Positions 47,782 through 56,642 of a DNA stretch of 64,000 nucleotides are shown here, piece after piece (position 1 is the stretch's first letter; each line of letters begins with the position of its first letter). The position numbers and the translations under genes are program-made. The stretch comes from Candidatus Bathyarchaeota archaeon (GTDB lineage Archaea > Thermoproteota > Bathyarchaeia > TCS64), in the NCBI GenBank assembly GCA_050053595.1, contig JASFTK010000001.1:25842-89841 (forward strand). The letters run 5' to 3'. The notes beneath the pieces were generated by a model. That model ran no database searches and was not told where the DNA came from. It saw only the letters and a program-made list of their open reading frames with translations.

Positions 47782-48093
47782 ATGGTCAGGATGATCTCAC
47801 CAGTCGTTAGATCAGGCGACAAGGAGCGCCCGGGAAAAGGTTTCTCCATGGATGAACTTCAGGAAGCCGGCCTCAACGCCGGCGAGGCACGCCACCTAGG
47901 GATCCCCGTGGACCCGAGGAGGAGCACCAGCTATCCTGAGAACGTTGAGGGCCTCAAAGAGTGGATCGAGGAAGCCCGGAGGGAGGGTTTCAGGGTCCCC
48001 AAGGTCAAACAGTCCTCGAAGGGGCAGAGAGGCAGGGCCCATAGAGGTCTCACCAGCTCCGGGAAGAAGATGAGAGCCCTCAAGAAAACCTGA
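47782..48093 (+). CDS. rpl13e: 50S ribosomal protein L13e
   Basis: RPGKGFSMDELQEAGL...ARHLGIPVDPRR matches the L13e signature GRGFSLxELKxAGI. ATG at 47782 is preferred over the upstream track start. Confidence 0.65.
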   Translation: MVRMISPVVRSGDKERPGKGFSMDELQEAGLNAGEARHLGIPVDPRRSTSYPENVEGLKEWIEEARREGFRVPKVKQSSKGQRGRAHRGLTSSGKKMRALKKT

Positions 48094-48242
48094 TTTAGTT
48101 CCCCCCCAGTCGTCTGGTTCTCTAAATGCGTTTCGCCCCAACTCTGTCATTTGAGTGGGATGTGGAAATTTACAGGGGGCTTCTCGGCTTGTCCTTGAAA
48201 CTATCCTGTGAATGTTTTTTAAGGGTCTGATGCCCGGTTCGA

Positions 48243-48704
48243 TTGGAGTGTACTATGGAGGGCGATTACCGATACGGCAGGTGCGGGGTGTTCTGTGAGA
48301 TGTGCTCCACAGGGAATGGGAGAGTCAAGGAACTAGCCGAGGAGTTGAGACGGCTCACAGCAGGATTTTTCAAGGTCTTCCCTCCTGGACATGGGGACTT
48401 CGATTGGGACCAGTATAGGAAGGGCCTCGACTACTTCTGTGAGAGTTATGGTTGTCCCACCTGTCTAGGCATAGAGGATCCCTGGTGTGAGGTCTTGAAA
48501 TGCGAAAAGGTGGAGGAGAAAGGGAGCTGCCTCGTCTGCGCGGAGTTCTTGGAGTGCCCCCGGACCGAGTACCAGCGGGACAGATACCCCTTTGTCATCG
48601 TTCATTATAGGAGAGTTGCCGAGAAGGGACTGGAGGCGCTGTTCGAGGAGGAGAGGGAGAAGGCGGAATCCGGTGTCCTACTCCAAGATATAAGGAGATA
48701 CTGA
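48243..48704 (+). CDS. cysteine-rich hypothetical protein (DUF3795-like)
   Basis: About 14 Cys in 153 aa (CGVFCEMC, CPTC, CLVC). Probably a metal or Fe-S binding protein. Confidence 0.5.
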   Translation: MECTMEGDYRYGRCGVFCEMCSTGNGRVKELAEELRRLTAGFFKVFPPGHGDFDWDQYRKGLDYFCESYGCPTCLGIEDPWCEVLKCEKVEEKGSCLVCAEFLECPRTEYQRDRYPFVIVHYRRVAEKGLEALFEEEREKAESGVLLQDIRRY

Positions 48705-48753
48705 GGGCGGGAAGGAGCAAAAAACATATAGAAAAATTCGGATAGGAAGGCGG

Positions 48754-49908
48754 TCAGAGCTTGGCTAGGGCCTTCTCCGTCCTGTCCAGGGCCTCGTTCA
48801 TGATGGCCTCACTAGTGGCGATGCACAATCTGAGGTGGCCCTCACCCTTGGCTCCGAACTTGGAACCCGTCTCGTAAGCTACCTTCCCCTCTTCTAAGAG
48901 ATATTCGAAGAGCTCGTCGCTGGTCTTCCCGTAGTCGAACTTGGGGAACATCAGATACGTCCCCTCTAGTTTTGGGACGGTCACATTGGGGAGTTCTCCG
49001 AGGCGTTTCTCGCAGAGGGCCCTCATCTTGTGGAGGTGTTCCATTATGTCTCGACGCCACCAGTCCAGCTTCTTTCCCAGCATCACTGGCGCCGCAGCCT
49101 TGGCAAGAGTGCTTGTGGTCCGGGTGATGTCCGCTGCATGCCTTCTCAGACTCTCCATCATACCCTTGTCGGTGGCGCATGTGTAGCCCATCCTTAGCCC
49201 TGCGACTCCAAAGGTCTTGGAGAAACCCCATGTTGTCATGGTGAGCCTCTCTATCTCGGGGTTGAGTGCCGCCAAGGTGATGTGTTCCCGACCATCGTAG
49301 AGGATATCCTCCCAGAGCTCGTCAACCATGACGACTATCTCATTGTCAACCGCTACATCAGCGATGCCCTTGAGTTCCTCTTCAGTCATAACACGGCCTG
49401 CAGGGTTGTGGGGGTTGCAGACGAAGATGAGCTTGGTCTTGGGGGTCACCAGCCCCTTGAGGCGTTCGATGTCGAAAGTATATCCCTCATTCATATTGAG
49501 AGGCCAGTGGACCGGTTTGGTCCCCGTCACCTCCTGAGATGTGTAGAAATGGAAGTACATCGGGTCGGTGACGATAACCTCGTCCCCTGCCTGGCAGGCG
49601 TGCCTCACGGCGAGCCACATCGCGGGTATAACGCCCTGGGTTATCAGTATATCCTCGGCTTTGGCATCTAAGCCGTTCCTCCTCTCCACCTTTTCAGCCA
49701 TCGCCTCCATGGTGGGCTCGTCGAAGTTGTAGAAGAGGTCCTCGTCCTGGACTGCGTTGATGAGGGCCTTCTTGATCTCCATTGCCACTGGAAAATCCGG
49801 GTCCGCTATCCAGAGGGGTATGACATCCTCAGGGTAAGTGTGCCACTTTTTACCTGGAGCAGCGAGCATCCCCTCGATTGAAGCGGAGTTGAACGGTGCA
49901 TGGTACAA
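48754..49908 (-). CDS. PLP-dependent aminotransferase class I/II (MalY/PatB-like C-S lyase)
   Basis: PLP-lysine region SFSKTFGVAGLRMGY. 384 aa. Confidence 0.8.
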   Translation of the reverse strand: MYHAPFNSASIEGMLAAPGKKWHTYPEDVIPLWIADPDFPVAMEIKKALINAVQDEDLFYNFDEPTMEAMAEKVERRNGLDAKAEDILITQGVIPAMWLAVRHACQAGDEVIVTDPMYFHFYTSQEVTGTKPVHWPLNMNEGYTFDIERLKGLVTPKTKLIFVCNPHNPAGRVMTEEELKGIADVAVDNEIVVMVDELWEDILYDGREHITLAALNPEIERLTMTTWGFSKTFGVAGLRMGYTCATDKGMMESLRRHAADITRTTSTLAKAAAPVMLGKKLDWWRRDIMEHLHKMRALCEKRLGELPNVTVPKLEGTYLMFPKFDYGKTSDELFEYLLEEGKVAYETGSKFGAKGEGHLRLCIATSEAIMNEALDRTEKALAKL

Positions 49909-50231
49909 TTCTCTTCACCTATGTTAGAGATGGTGTGAACCGGTCCCATTTATTTCTGTTGAAAAATATCTCTGCATACACTAAAAAACCGTGATTATCG
50001 AGATTTGAAGCCCTCCTATAGTAGCAAATCTTAAAAATATTTGAATTAAAAAGGGGTCCAATGTTTATCCCTATTATAGTCCTACTGAACAAAATCGTTG
50101 CCCCTAATGTTCTTACCAGATGCCGTTGAGGGAAGCAAAAATGCTTGTTTGTTTGAGTCGTAGGAGAGAGTACAAGGTGGTCAACTCGTTTTTTACTTTG
50201 ATAGGATCATCAAAATGGGGGTGGGGAGAGG

Positions 50232-51239
50232 ATGGTTAAACACAAGATAGCCTCCCTCTACGCCTACATCCCGAGGGAACATCAGATAGAGAAGTTTTGC
50301 TGTAATTTAGACCCTGGGACCTTTGAATTCGTGGTGATCCCCAAGGACCCCACCGAGGAAGAGATCAAAGAAACCATCTCGGGAGCATCCATGATACTCA
50401 TGGCTCCGAGATCCCCCTTCCTAGATCGGGCTCGCCTTGAGTCCGTCGAGGAACTCCGACTGGTCCAGTTCATGTCTGTCGGTTATGACAATATCGACCT
50501 CGAAGCATCCAAAGAGCTGGGGATATCTGTCGCCAACAACGCGGGATACAACGCCGTCGCCGTCGCAGAACATGCTATCATGATGATCCTAGTCCTCCTC
50601 AAGAAGGCCTTCTTGGCCCACCAGGGCGTGATACAGGGTGGTTGGCCACAACAGGAGCTCATAGATAAAGACAAATATCTCTACGAGCTCCGGGGAAAAA
50701 CCCTGGGGGTCCTAGGTCTGGGGAACATAGGAGTGGAGGTTGCAAAGAGAGGAGTGGCGTTCGAAGCGCGGGTCCTGTACAATAAGAGGAACCGCCTCAG
50801 AGAGGGGAAAGAGAGGGGTTTGGGTGTTGAGTACGCCACCCTTGAAGAGCTACTGAGAGAGTCTGATGTCCTCAGCGTTCACACACCCCTCACCAACGAG
50901 ACACGGGGGATGATAGGGAGGGAGCAGATAGGGATGATGAAGACCGGGGCAATCTTGGTCAACACCGCGAGGAAAGGCATTGTCGACGACGCGGCTGTGG
51001 CTGAAGCCCTGAGGAGCGGGAAGCTCTGGGGGGTTGGGATCGACGTACCAAGAACACCTGAGGAGCAGGACGAGCTCAGGGAGATATTCAAGGGGTTGGA
51101 CAACGTGGTCCTGACGCCCCACATCGCCAGTGGCACCTGGAACGCTTCAGAGCAGTTCTTCGACCAGATAAGGGACCAGATCACCCGGTTCACTAGGGGG
51201 GAGAAACCCCTCTACCTGTTGAACGACGTCTGGGGCTAA
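50232..51239 (+). CDS. D-isomer-specific 2-hydroxyacid dehydrogenase (glyoxylate/hydroxypyruvate reductase-like)
   Basis: GLGNIG NAD-binding motif and a catalytic His in PHIASGT. Confidence 0.85.
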   Translation: MVKHKIASLYAYIPREHQIEKFCCNLDPGTFEFVVIPKDPTEEEIKETISGASMILMAPRSPFLDRARLESVEELRLVQFMSVGYDNIDLEASKELGISVANNAGYNAVAVAEHAIMMILVLLKKAFLAHQGVIQGGWPQQELIDKDKYLYELRGKTLGVLGLGNIGVEVAKRGVAFEARVLYNKRNRLREGKERGLGVEYATLEELLRESDVLSVHTPLTNETRGMIGREQIGMMKTGAILVNTARKGIVDDAAVAEALRSGKLWGVGIDVPRTPEEQDELREIFKGLDNVVLTPHIASGTWNASEQFFDQIRDQITRFTRGEKPLYLLNDVWG

Positions 51240-51322
51240 CTGATATGTCCAATCCCCTCGGTCGGAAAGTGCAAAACATCCAGTGAAGCCAGCGGGGTAT
51301 TTTGAGATAAAGGAGGGTTGAG

Positions 51323-52510
51323 ATGGGAGAGGAGACGGCAGAACCCGGGCGTATGATACTGCCTACACTGGTCTTCTCCCGATTCGCTACGATGCCCCCA
51401 GGCATCTTGACAGGCCTCCTCCTGCTCGACATCGGCGAGACCTTCAGTTTAACGGTTGGGATCGCTGGGCAGGTCAGGTCAGCCGCCTCTGTGGTGGGGG
51501 TCGTCTTCGCCCTCCTGATCGGAGGCCTCAGCCTCAGGTTCAAGCCCAAGCCTCTTCTCCTAGCAGGCCTCTCCATCCTCGTGGTCTCAGCGGTTGGCTG
51601 CGCCCTCGCCCCCAGCTTCCCCGTCCTTCTCTCTGCATACGCCCTGACAGGCGTCGTGGTTGCCCTAGTGGGCCCCATGACTTTCACCTTGGTAGCTGAT
51701 CACTTCCCCCGGGATCAGAGGGCCAATGCCATAAGCTGGATCATCGCCGGGATGTCAGGCTCCTACCTAGTCGGAGCCCCGATCATAGGCTACATCTCGG
51801 GGTTCGTGGGATGGCGGGGGGCTTTCCTCTGGTTCGTGCTACCCGTCTCTCTCCTAGGACTGCTGATGGCCCAGACCTTCATCCCCTCCAAAGGTAGGCC
51901 AGACCTGGAGGGTCAGAGGGTTGAGGCGGGGCTCCTCAAGGGCTTTACAAAAGTGCTCACGGATATCTCATCCCTCTCATGCCTTTCGGGCACCGCCTTA
52001 GTCGCGGCGGCCTACATGGCTATGGTGAGCTACGCCCCCTCCTTCTACAGGGAGAGATTTGGCCTCTCAACCGCCCAGGCATCCCTACTGATCATTGTCT
52101 CCTCCGTCTTCTTCATCGCGGGGACCCGCCTTAGCGCTGGGCTTGTCAGAACCTATGGCCGGAAGCCTATAACCCTATGGCTCTCTGCTCTCGCCGCAGT
52201 CTCCATAGTCGCATACCTGAACCTCCCTGACCTGTGGCTCTCCCTCGCCGCCCGATTCTTGGGGAGCACAATATCCGCCATCGTCTTCACCGCTACCAAC
52301 GCTCTGACCTTGGAGCAGCTCCCAGGGTTCCGGAGCACCGTCATGTCACTGAACCAGTCGGCCTTCAGTCTCGGAGGGTTCCTAGGCACGGCTCTGGGGG
52401 GGCTTGTCATCATGATCTCAGGCTATAAAACGATGGGGGTCACCCACGGGGCGATGATGTTCATAGCCATGATTGTCCTCCACTTATATGCGGCGGACCC
52501 CACCGATTGA
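51323..52510 (+). CDS. MFS transporter
   Basis: A 395-aa polytopic protein. Confidence 0.75.
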   Translation: MGEETAEPGRMILPTLVFSRFATMPPGILTGLLLLDIGETFSLTVGIAGQVRSAASVVGVVFALLIGGLSLRFKPKPLLLAGLSILVVSAVGCALAPSFPVLLSAYALTGVVVALVGPMTFTLVADHFPRDQRANAISWIIAGMSGSYLVGAPIIGYISGFVGWRGAFLWFVLPVSLLGLLMAQTFIPSKGRPDLEGQRVEAGLLKGFTKVLTDISSLSCLSGTALVAAAYMAMVSYAPSFYRERFGLSTAQASLLIIVSSVFFIAGTRLSAGLVRTYGRKPITLWLSALAAVSIVAYLNLPDLWLSLAARFLGSTISAIVFTATNALTLEQLPGFRSTVMSLNQSAFSLGGFLGTALGGLVIMISGYKTMGVTHGAMMFIAMIVLHLYAADPTD

Positions 52511-52577
52511 GGGTCCCCCGTTTAGATCGTAAACAATATAACAGAGCCCCCTTTTTGGTAGGGGGAAGGTACAGGCT

Positions 52578-52835
52578 TTGATAGTTCTACTCTACTTCGA
52601 CTGGGTCGGAAGCTCCAAGGAGCTCAAGGCCTGGGAAACGAAGATCCAAGAGTCCTGCGAGAAGACGGGCGTCGAGTACATGGGCCTCTACGGTTCCATG
52701 AACGAGAAATGGAACTTTGTAAGCATCTTCAAGACCAATGGCTACGAGAAATTCCTCGAAATGGGCAAGAACGTTGTCCGGCACGCCAAGATGCCCCACC
52801 ATATAGCCGAGGTCCTACTGCCCCAAGAGTTCTGA
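52578..52835 (+). CDS. hypothetical small protein
   Basis: An 85-aa ORF with a TTG start. No family was recognised. Confidence 0.4.
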   Translation: MIVLLYFDWVGSSKELKAWETKIQESCEKTGVEYMGLYGSMNEKWNFVSIFKTNGYEKFLEMGKNVVRHAKMPHHIAEVLLPQEF

Positions 52836-52888
52836 GGACAACGCATCCACCCTTTTCTCCATCCACACAGCACAGAGGAAACTAGACC

Positions 52889-53794
52889 CTACAATAGGCG
52901 GGCTCCCTGATCGTCCACAGGCAGGATACAGACCCTCCGCCTAGGCGCGGCTTCCCTGAAGAGCGCGGCCCCGAGATCTGCTTCACCCCTAGGGACAAGG
53001 GAGAAGAGTGCTTCCCCGAACATCGCCATGGAGCACGGGAATCCTGCCTTGTCCGCCTGGTCCATCACCCTCTTCATACGGGGGGTTACGATATTGACAT
53101 GTTCAGTGAACCTCCTGGAGAACTCCATGAATGTGGTGGGGTTCAGATCCTCTCTGAACTGGTCGACGAATCTACCGCCTAGGGCATTGATCCTCTCCCT
53201 CAAACGGGGGTCCGAGAGGGACTCAGCCGTGGATATAGGCCCGAAGTGGAGATAGACACAGGATAACTCGTTGCTCCTACCATACTTCAGGGCTTCCCCG
53301 ACCCCCGGAGCCCCAGGTCTATAGAGGACGCCGAACCCCCCCTGGGTCACGGCGAAGACGGTCCCCAACCCCGTCTTGCACTCTATCTCTGCTACATGGG
53401 CCACCCGGCCCACCTCCACATATGAGAGGCCCAGTTCAAGGACCTCGTTCAGGGCTAGGGCCAGAGTGATCGCCCCTCCACCGCTGGAGCCAAAACCCGC
53501 CCCTATAGGGACCCCTATCTCGTGGGTGATCTCGAGCCTCCAACACCCGTTGCTCTTGGAGAGCATCCTCTTGGCGACGTTCTCCGAGACCACAGCCTCC
53601 TTAGTGAACGCTCCATTCATCTTTACCTGGATCGATATAGATTCTGCGGGTTCCACCATGACCTCCGTGTGGATCCCTTGGGCTATGGAGAATCCGGCCC
53701 CCCGAGAGCCCTTCAGCAGGGGGTCATCGGGCTCGTCGCATATCTGGAAGAAACCCGTCAGATGGCCTGGGGCGAAGGCAGATGCTTCCCTCAT
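52889..53794 (-). CDS. pantoate kinase (archaeal CoA pathway, GHMP kinase fold)
   Basis: GHMP motif PIGAGFGSSGG, archaeal COG1829-like. Adjacent to the phosphopantothenate synthetase gene. Confidence 0.7.
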   Translation of the reverse strand: MREASAFAPGHLTGFFQICDEPDDPLLKGSRGAGFSIAQGIHTEVMVEPAESISIQVKMNGAFTKEAVVSENVAKRMLSKSNGCWRLEITHEIGVPIGAGFGSSGGGAITLALALNEVLELGLSYVEVGRVAHVAEIECKTGLGTVFAVTQGGFGVLYRPGAPGVGEALKYGRSNELSCVYLHFGPISTAESLSDPRLRERINALGGRFVDQFREDLNPTTFMEFSRRFTEHVNIVTPRMKRVMDQADKAGFPCSMAMFGEALFSLVPRGEADLGAALFREAAPRRRVCILPVDDQGARLL

Positions 53795-53855
53795 CTTCGG
53801 TTCAATATTCTCCTCCTCTACCCCCGATAAGGGTTACGTGGCACCGGATACTTCA

Positions 53856-54647
53856 CTAGCCAGGCTTGAGGTAGATCCCCTTCTCGGAGAGGGCGTGGAG
53901 CCTCTCCTCCATAACCCTCATCGCATCTGAGAGGACTTCTCCGTTGTCGAACCCTGATCGGATAGACCTGAGCTCCTCGTTGTCCAGTCTCCTCAGCCTC
54001 TCGGCTTCCTCGACAAGGAGGGGCATAGCCCTGACGATGTTGTCCACTATGGTCACCGTGGCGAACTGGGCTGTCCTCGACATCGGGTTCAGGTCGACGG
54101 TTATCACTTTCTTCCCCATACTGACGAGGCCCTCCGTCCTATCCCCATCCTCCAGGGGGACGAAGACGACATCGGCGACGTATATCCCCCTAGGGTCCAC
54201 CGTCCTCCTATCGCTGAAGACCTCCTCTATCCTTGCCGTCGCCGTGCCCCCCACCCCCAGGACCTCCTCTGCCCCAGCCTCCCTGAGCACCCTCTCTATC
54301 GCCTCCTCCCTCCCCGGCTGCCTGTGGAACAGGTTCACCTCCAACCTTGCCCCGGTCGCCCGGGAGAGCCCCACAAGCCCATCCGCGCAGAGGGCTGCTA
54401 CGTTCCCGTTCACCGACAAAACCGGCCGCTCTGCGAGGAGCAGGGTCGCTGCAGCGACCTTGATGGCTCTCATGGCTGAGGGGGTGGTCTCCTCCCCTAG
54501 GATGTAGTCGAACGCCTCCCCTCTCCCGTGGGCTATGAGCCCCGCCAGAGCCAGTACCTTGGTCCCGATGTGGCCTGTCAGCCTCTCCCTGATCCTGATG
54601 GACTCAGCCCTCGGGTGCTCATCAGATACATGGTGCTCCCTCGTCAT
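53856..54647 (-). CDS. 4-phosphopantoate--beta-alanine ligase (phosphopantothenate synthetase, archaeal)
   Basis: COG1701/DUF137-like. Its conserved pairing with pantoate kinase supports the call. Confidence 0.7.
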   Translation of the reverse strand: MTREHHVSDEHPRAESIRIRERLTGHIGTKVLALAGLIAHGRGEAFDYILGEETTPSAMRAIKVAAATLLLAERPVLSVNGNVAALCADGLVGLSRATGARLEVNLFHRQPGREEAIERVLREAGAEEVLGVGGTATARIEEVFSDRRTVDPRGIYVADVVFVPLEDGDRTEGLVSMGKKVITVDLNPMSRTAQFATVTIVDNIVRAMPLLVEEAERLRRLDNEELRSIRSGFDNGEVLSDAMRVMEERLHALSEKGIYLKPG

Positions 54648-54753
54648 GGTATTCTCCTCTCTGGTAGGATCATAATATTATCTATGGATTAATCTTGAGG
54701 GGTGTCCCGTAAAAAAATCGGGGAATGGGTTTCCACTGCGGGTCGCAGGGACC

Positions 54754-55983
54754 TCAGAGATCCTTGTAGTTGATCTCGTCGCCGGGGGCGTAGGTGGGGG
54801 CTTCGACCTCGAAGAGGTCGGTGTACTTGAGGCCTGAGCCGGTGTTGAAGAGGACCACCCTCTCATCCCGGTCCACCTGACCATCGGCGAGGAGACGCTT
54901 CAAACCTGACAGGGTTGCGGCCCCCTCGGGGCAGGCGAAGAGACCCTCTTCCCTGGCTATGAGACCGACGTCGTCCATGATCTTGTCGTCGGGGACAGCC
55001 ACCGCTGAGCCTCCACTCTCCCTGACGGCCCTGAGGACAAGGAAGTCTCCCAGAGCGTGGGGGACCCTCAAGCCCGCGGCTAGGGTCTCCGCTCCCTCCC
55101 AGAACTCGGACTCCTCCTTCCCCTCGTCGAAGGCTTTGGGGATGGGGGCGCAGCCCGAGGCTTGGACGGAGACCATCCGGGGGCGCTCGCTCCCTATCCA
55201 TCCTAACTCCTCAAGCTCGTCGAAGACCTTCCACATCCCTATGATCCCTGTGCCTCCGCCTGTCGGGTAGATGATGACATCAGGGAGCTCCCAGTCGAAC
55301 TGCTCAGCGACCTCGAGGCCCATGGTCTTCTTCCCTTCGACCCTGTACGGCTCCTTGAGGGTGGAGAGGGGGAACCAGTCCATCTCGGGTATGCCGTCAG
55401 CCACCATCTTCCCGGCGTCGGTGATGAGCCCCTCGACCAACACCACCTTGGCACCGACCACCTGACACTCCACCTTGTTGACATCGGGGGCATCAACCGG
55501 CATGAAGACGTAACTCTCCATCCCCGCCCGTGCGCCGTAAGCTGTCATCGCCCCCGCGGCGTTCCCCGCGCTGGGGAGAGCCAAGCGTCTGATCCCCAGC
55601 TCCTTGGCCTTGGAGACCGCCATCGCGAGGCCCCTGGCCTTGAAGGTGCCAGTGGATATGATCCCCTCGTCCTTGACATAGAGGTCGGGTAGGCCTATGG
55701 TCTCCCCTAATCTTGTGACGTGGGTCAGGGGGGTCCAACCCTCGCCGAGGGAGACCTTGTTCACGGGGTCCTTGACTGGGAGGAGATCCCAGTACCTCCA
55801 CATTGAAGCCTCCCCCCCGACGAAATCCTCTGGACCCACGACCTCCTTCACCGCTTCCATGTCGTACCGAGCGAAGAGAGGCTTGCCACACTCCTTGCAG
55901 ACCGTCTGCACTTCAGTGTGGTCGTGTTTCTTACCGCACTTTGAGCATTCTAGGTGCGTAAAATAGCTCATGATGATCTGCAT
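54754..55983 (-). CDS. thrC: threonine synthase
   Basis: PLP site TGTFKARG and an N-terminal Zn-ribbon. The likely start is ATG 55971 (MSYFTHLEC), downstream of the TATA-like ttaaatttta at 56001-10. Confidence 0.85.
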   Translation of the reverse strand: MQIIMSYFTHLECSKCGKKHDHTEVQTVCKECGKPLFARYDMEAVKEVVGPEDFVGGEASMWRYWDLLPVKDPVNKVSLGEGWTPLTHVTRLGETIGLPDLYVKDEGIISTGTFKARGLAMAVSKAKELGIRRLALPSAGNAAGAMTAYGARAGMESYVFMPVDAPDVNKVECQVVGAKVVLVEGLITDAGKMVADGIPEMDWFPLSTLKEPYRVEGKKTMGLEVAEQFDWELPDVIIYPTGGGTGIIGMWKVFDELEELGWIGSERPRMVSVQASGCAPIPKAFDEGKEESEFWEGAETLAAGLRVPHALGDFLVLRAVRESGGSAVAVPDDKIMDDVGLIAREEGLFACPEGAATLSGLKRLLADGQVDRDERVVLFNTGSGLKYTDLFEVEAPTYAPGDEINYKDL

Positions 55984-56121
55984 AGGAGGGTCATGGTACT
56001 TTAAATTTTATTCGAATTCCCCAACAGACAATCAAGAGAACATACCCCGATCCATCCCAACCGTGGTTCAGGGGGTTGTTTGTTGAAAAGTCTTTTAGGG
56101 GTAGCCGTGTTAGATTTAGCC

Positions 56122-56379
56122 ATGTCGAAAAGTCTGGAGAAGGTGGGGGAGATCACCCATTACTTCACCCGGATCGGCGTCGGCGTGGTGGATGTGAACG
56201 GCGCGATAAAGATCGGAGACCGGATCGCGATCAAGGGGATGACCACCAACTTCGAGATGACCGTCAAGTCCATGCAGATAGAGGGCGAGGACATCGAGGA
56301 GGCCAAAGCGGGCGACGACATAGGGATGAAGGTGGACGACAGGGTCCGCGAGGGCGACATTGTCTACAAACTCAAGTAG
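56122..56379 (+). CDS. EF-Tu domain-II-like small beta-barrel protein
   Basis: An 85-aa product (KIGDRIAIKG...AGDDIGMKVDDRVREGDIVY) resembles translation-factor domain 2. Confidence 0.55.
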   Translation: MSKSLEKVGEITHYFTRIGVGVVDVNGAIKIGDRIAIKGMTTNFEMTVKSMQIEGEDIEEAKAGDDIGMKVDDRVREGDIVYKLK

Positions 56380-56452
56380 CGATAGACCCAAACAGTAACC
56401 CTTTTATTCTTAACACCCATCAAACCTATCCACAAACCTACTTGAGGAATAC

Positions 56453-56522
56453 AAATGGGGTATCGTTTTGTCCAGTCCCCAGGAATGGGGGAACAGTAAA
56501 TGGGGTATCGTTTTATCCAGTC
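56453..56522 (+). repeat. tandem 25-nt direct repeat (24/25 identical) upstream of ilvB
   Basis: aaatggggtatcgttttgtccagtc lies at 56453-77 and aaatggggtatcgttttatccagtc at 56498-522. Each copy carries an ATG. Confidence 0.6.
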
Positions 56523-56642
56523 TCTATGAACCTCATCAGAGAAACAGCGCTGAACGGCATAATCGGCCGAGCGTAAAAATTTTCAAGGAAAAGAAGACCG
56601 GCAGACCAGCCATGGCCGGGCCAATAGTATGGAGGCCCCGCT

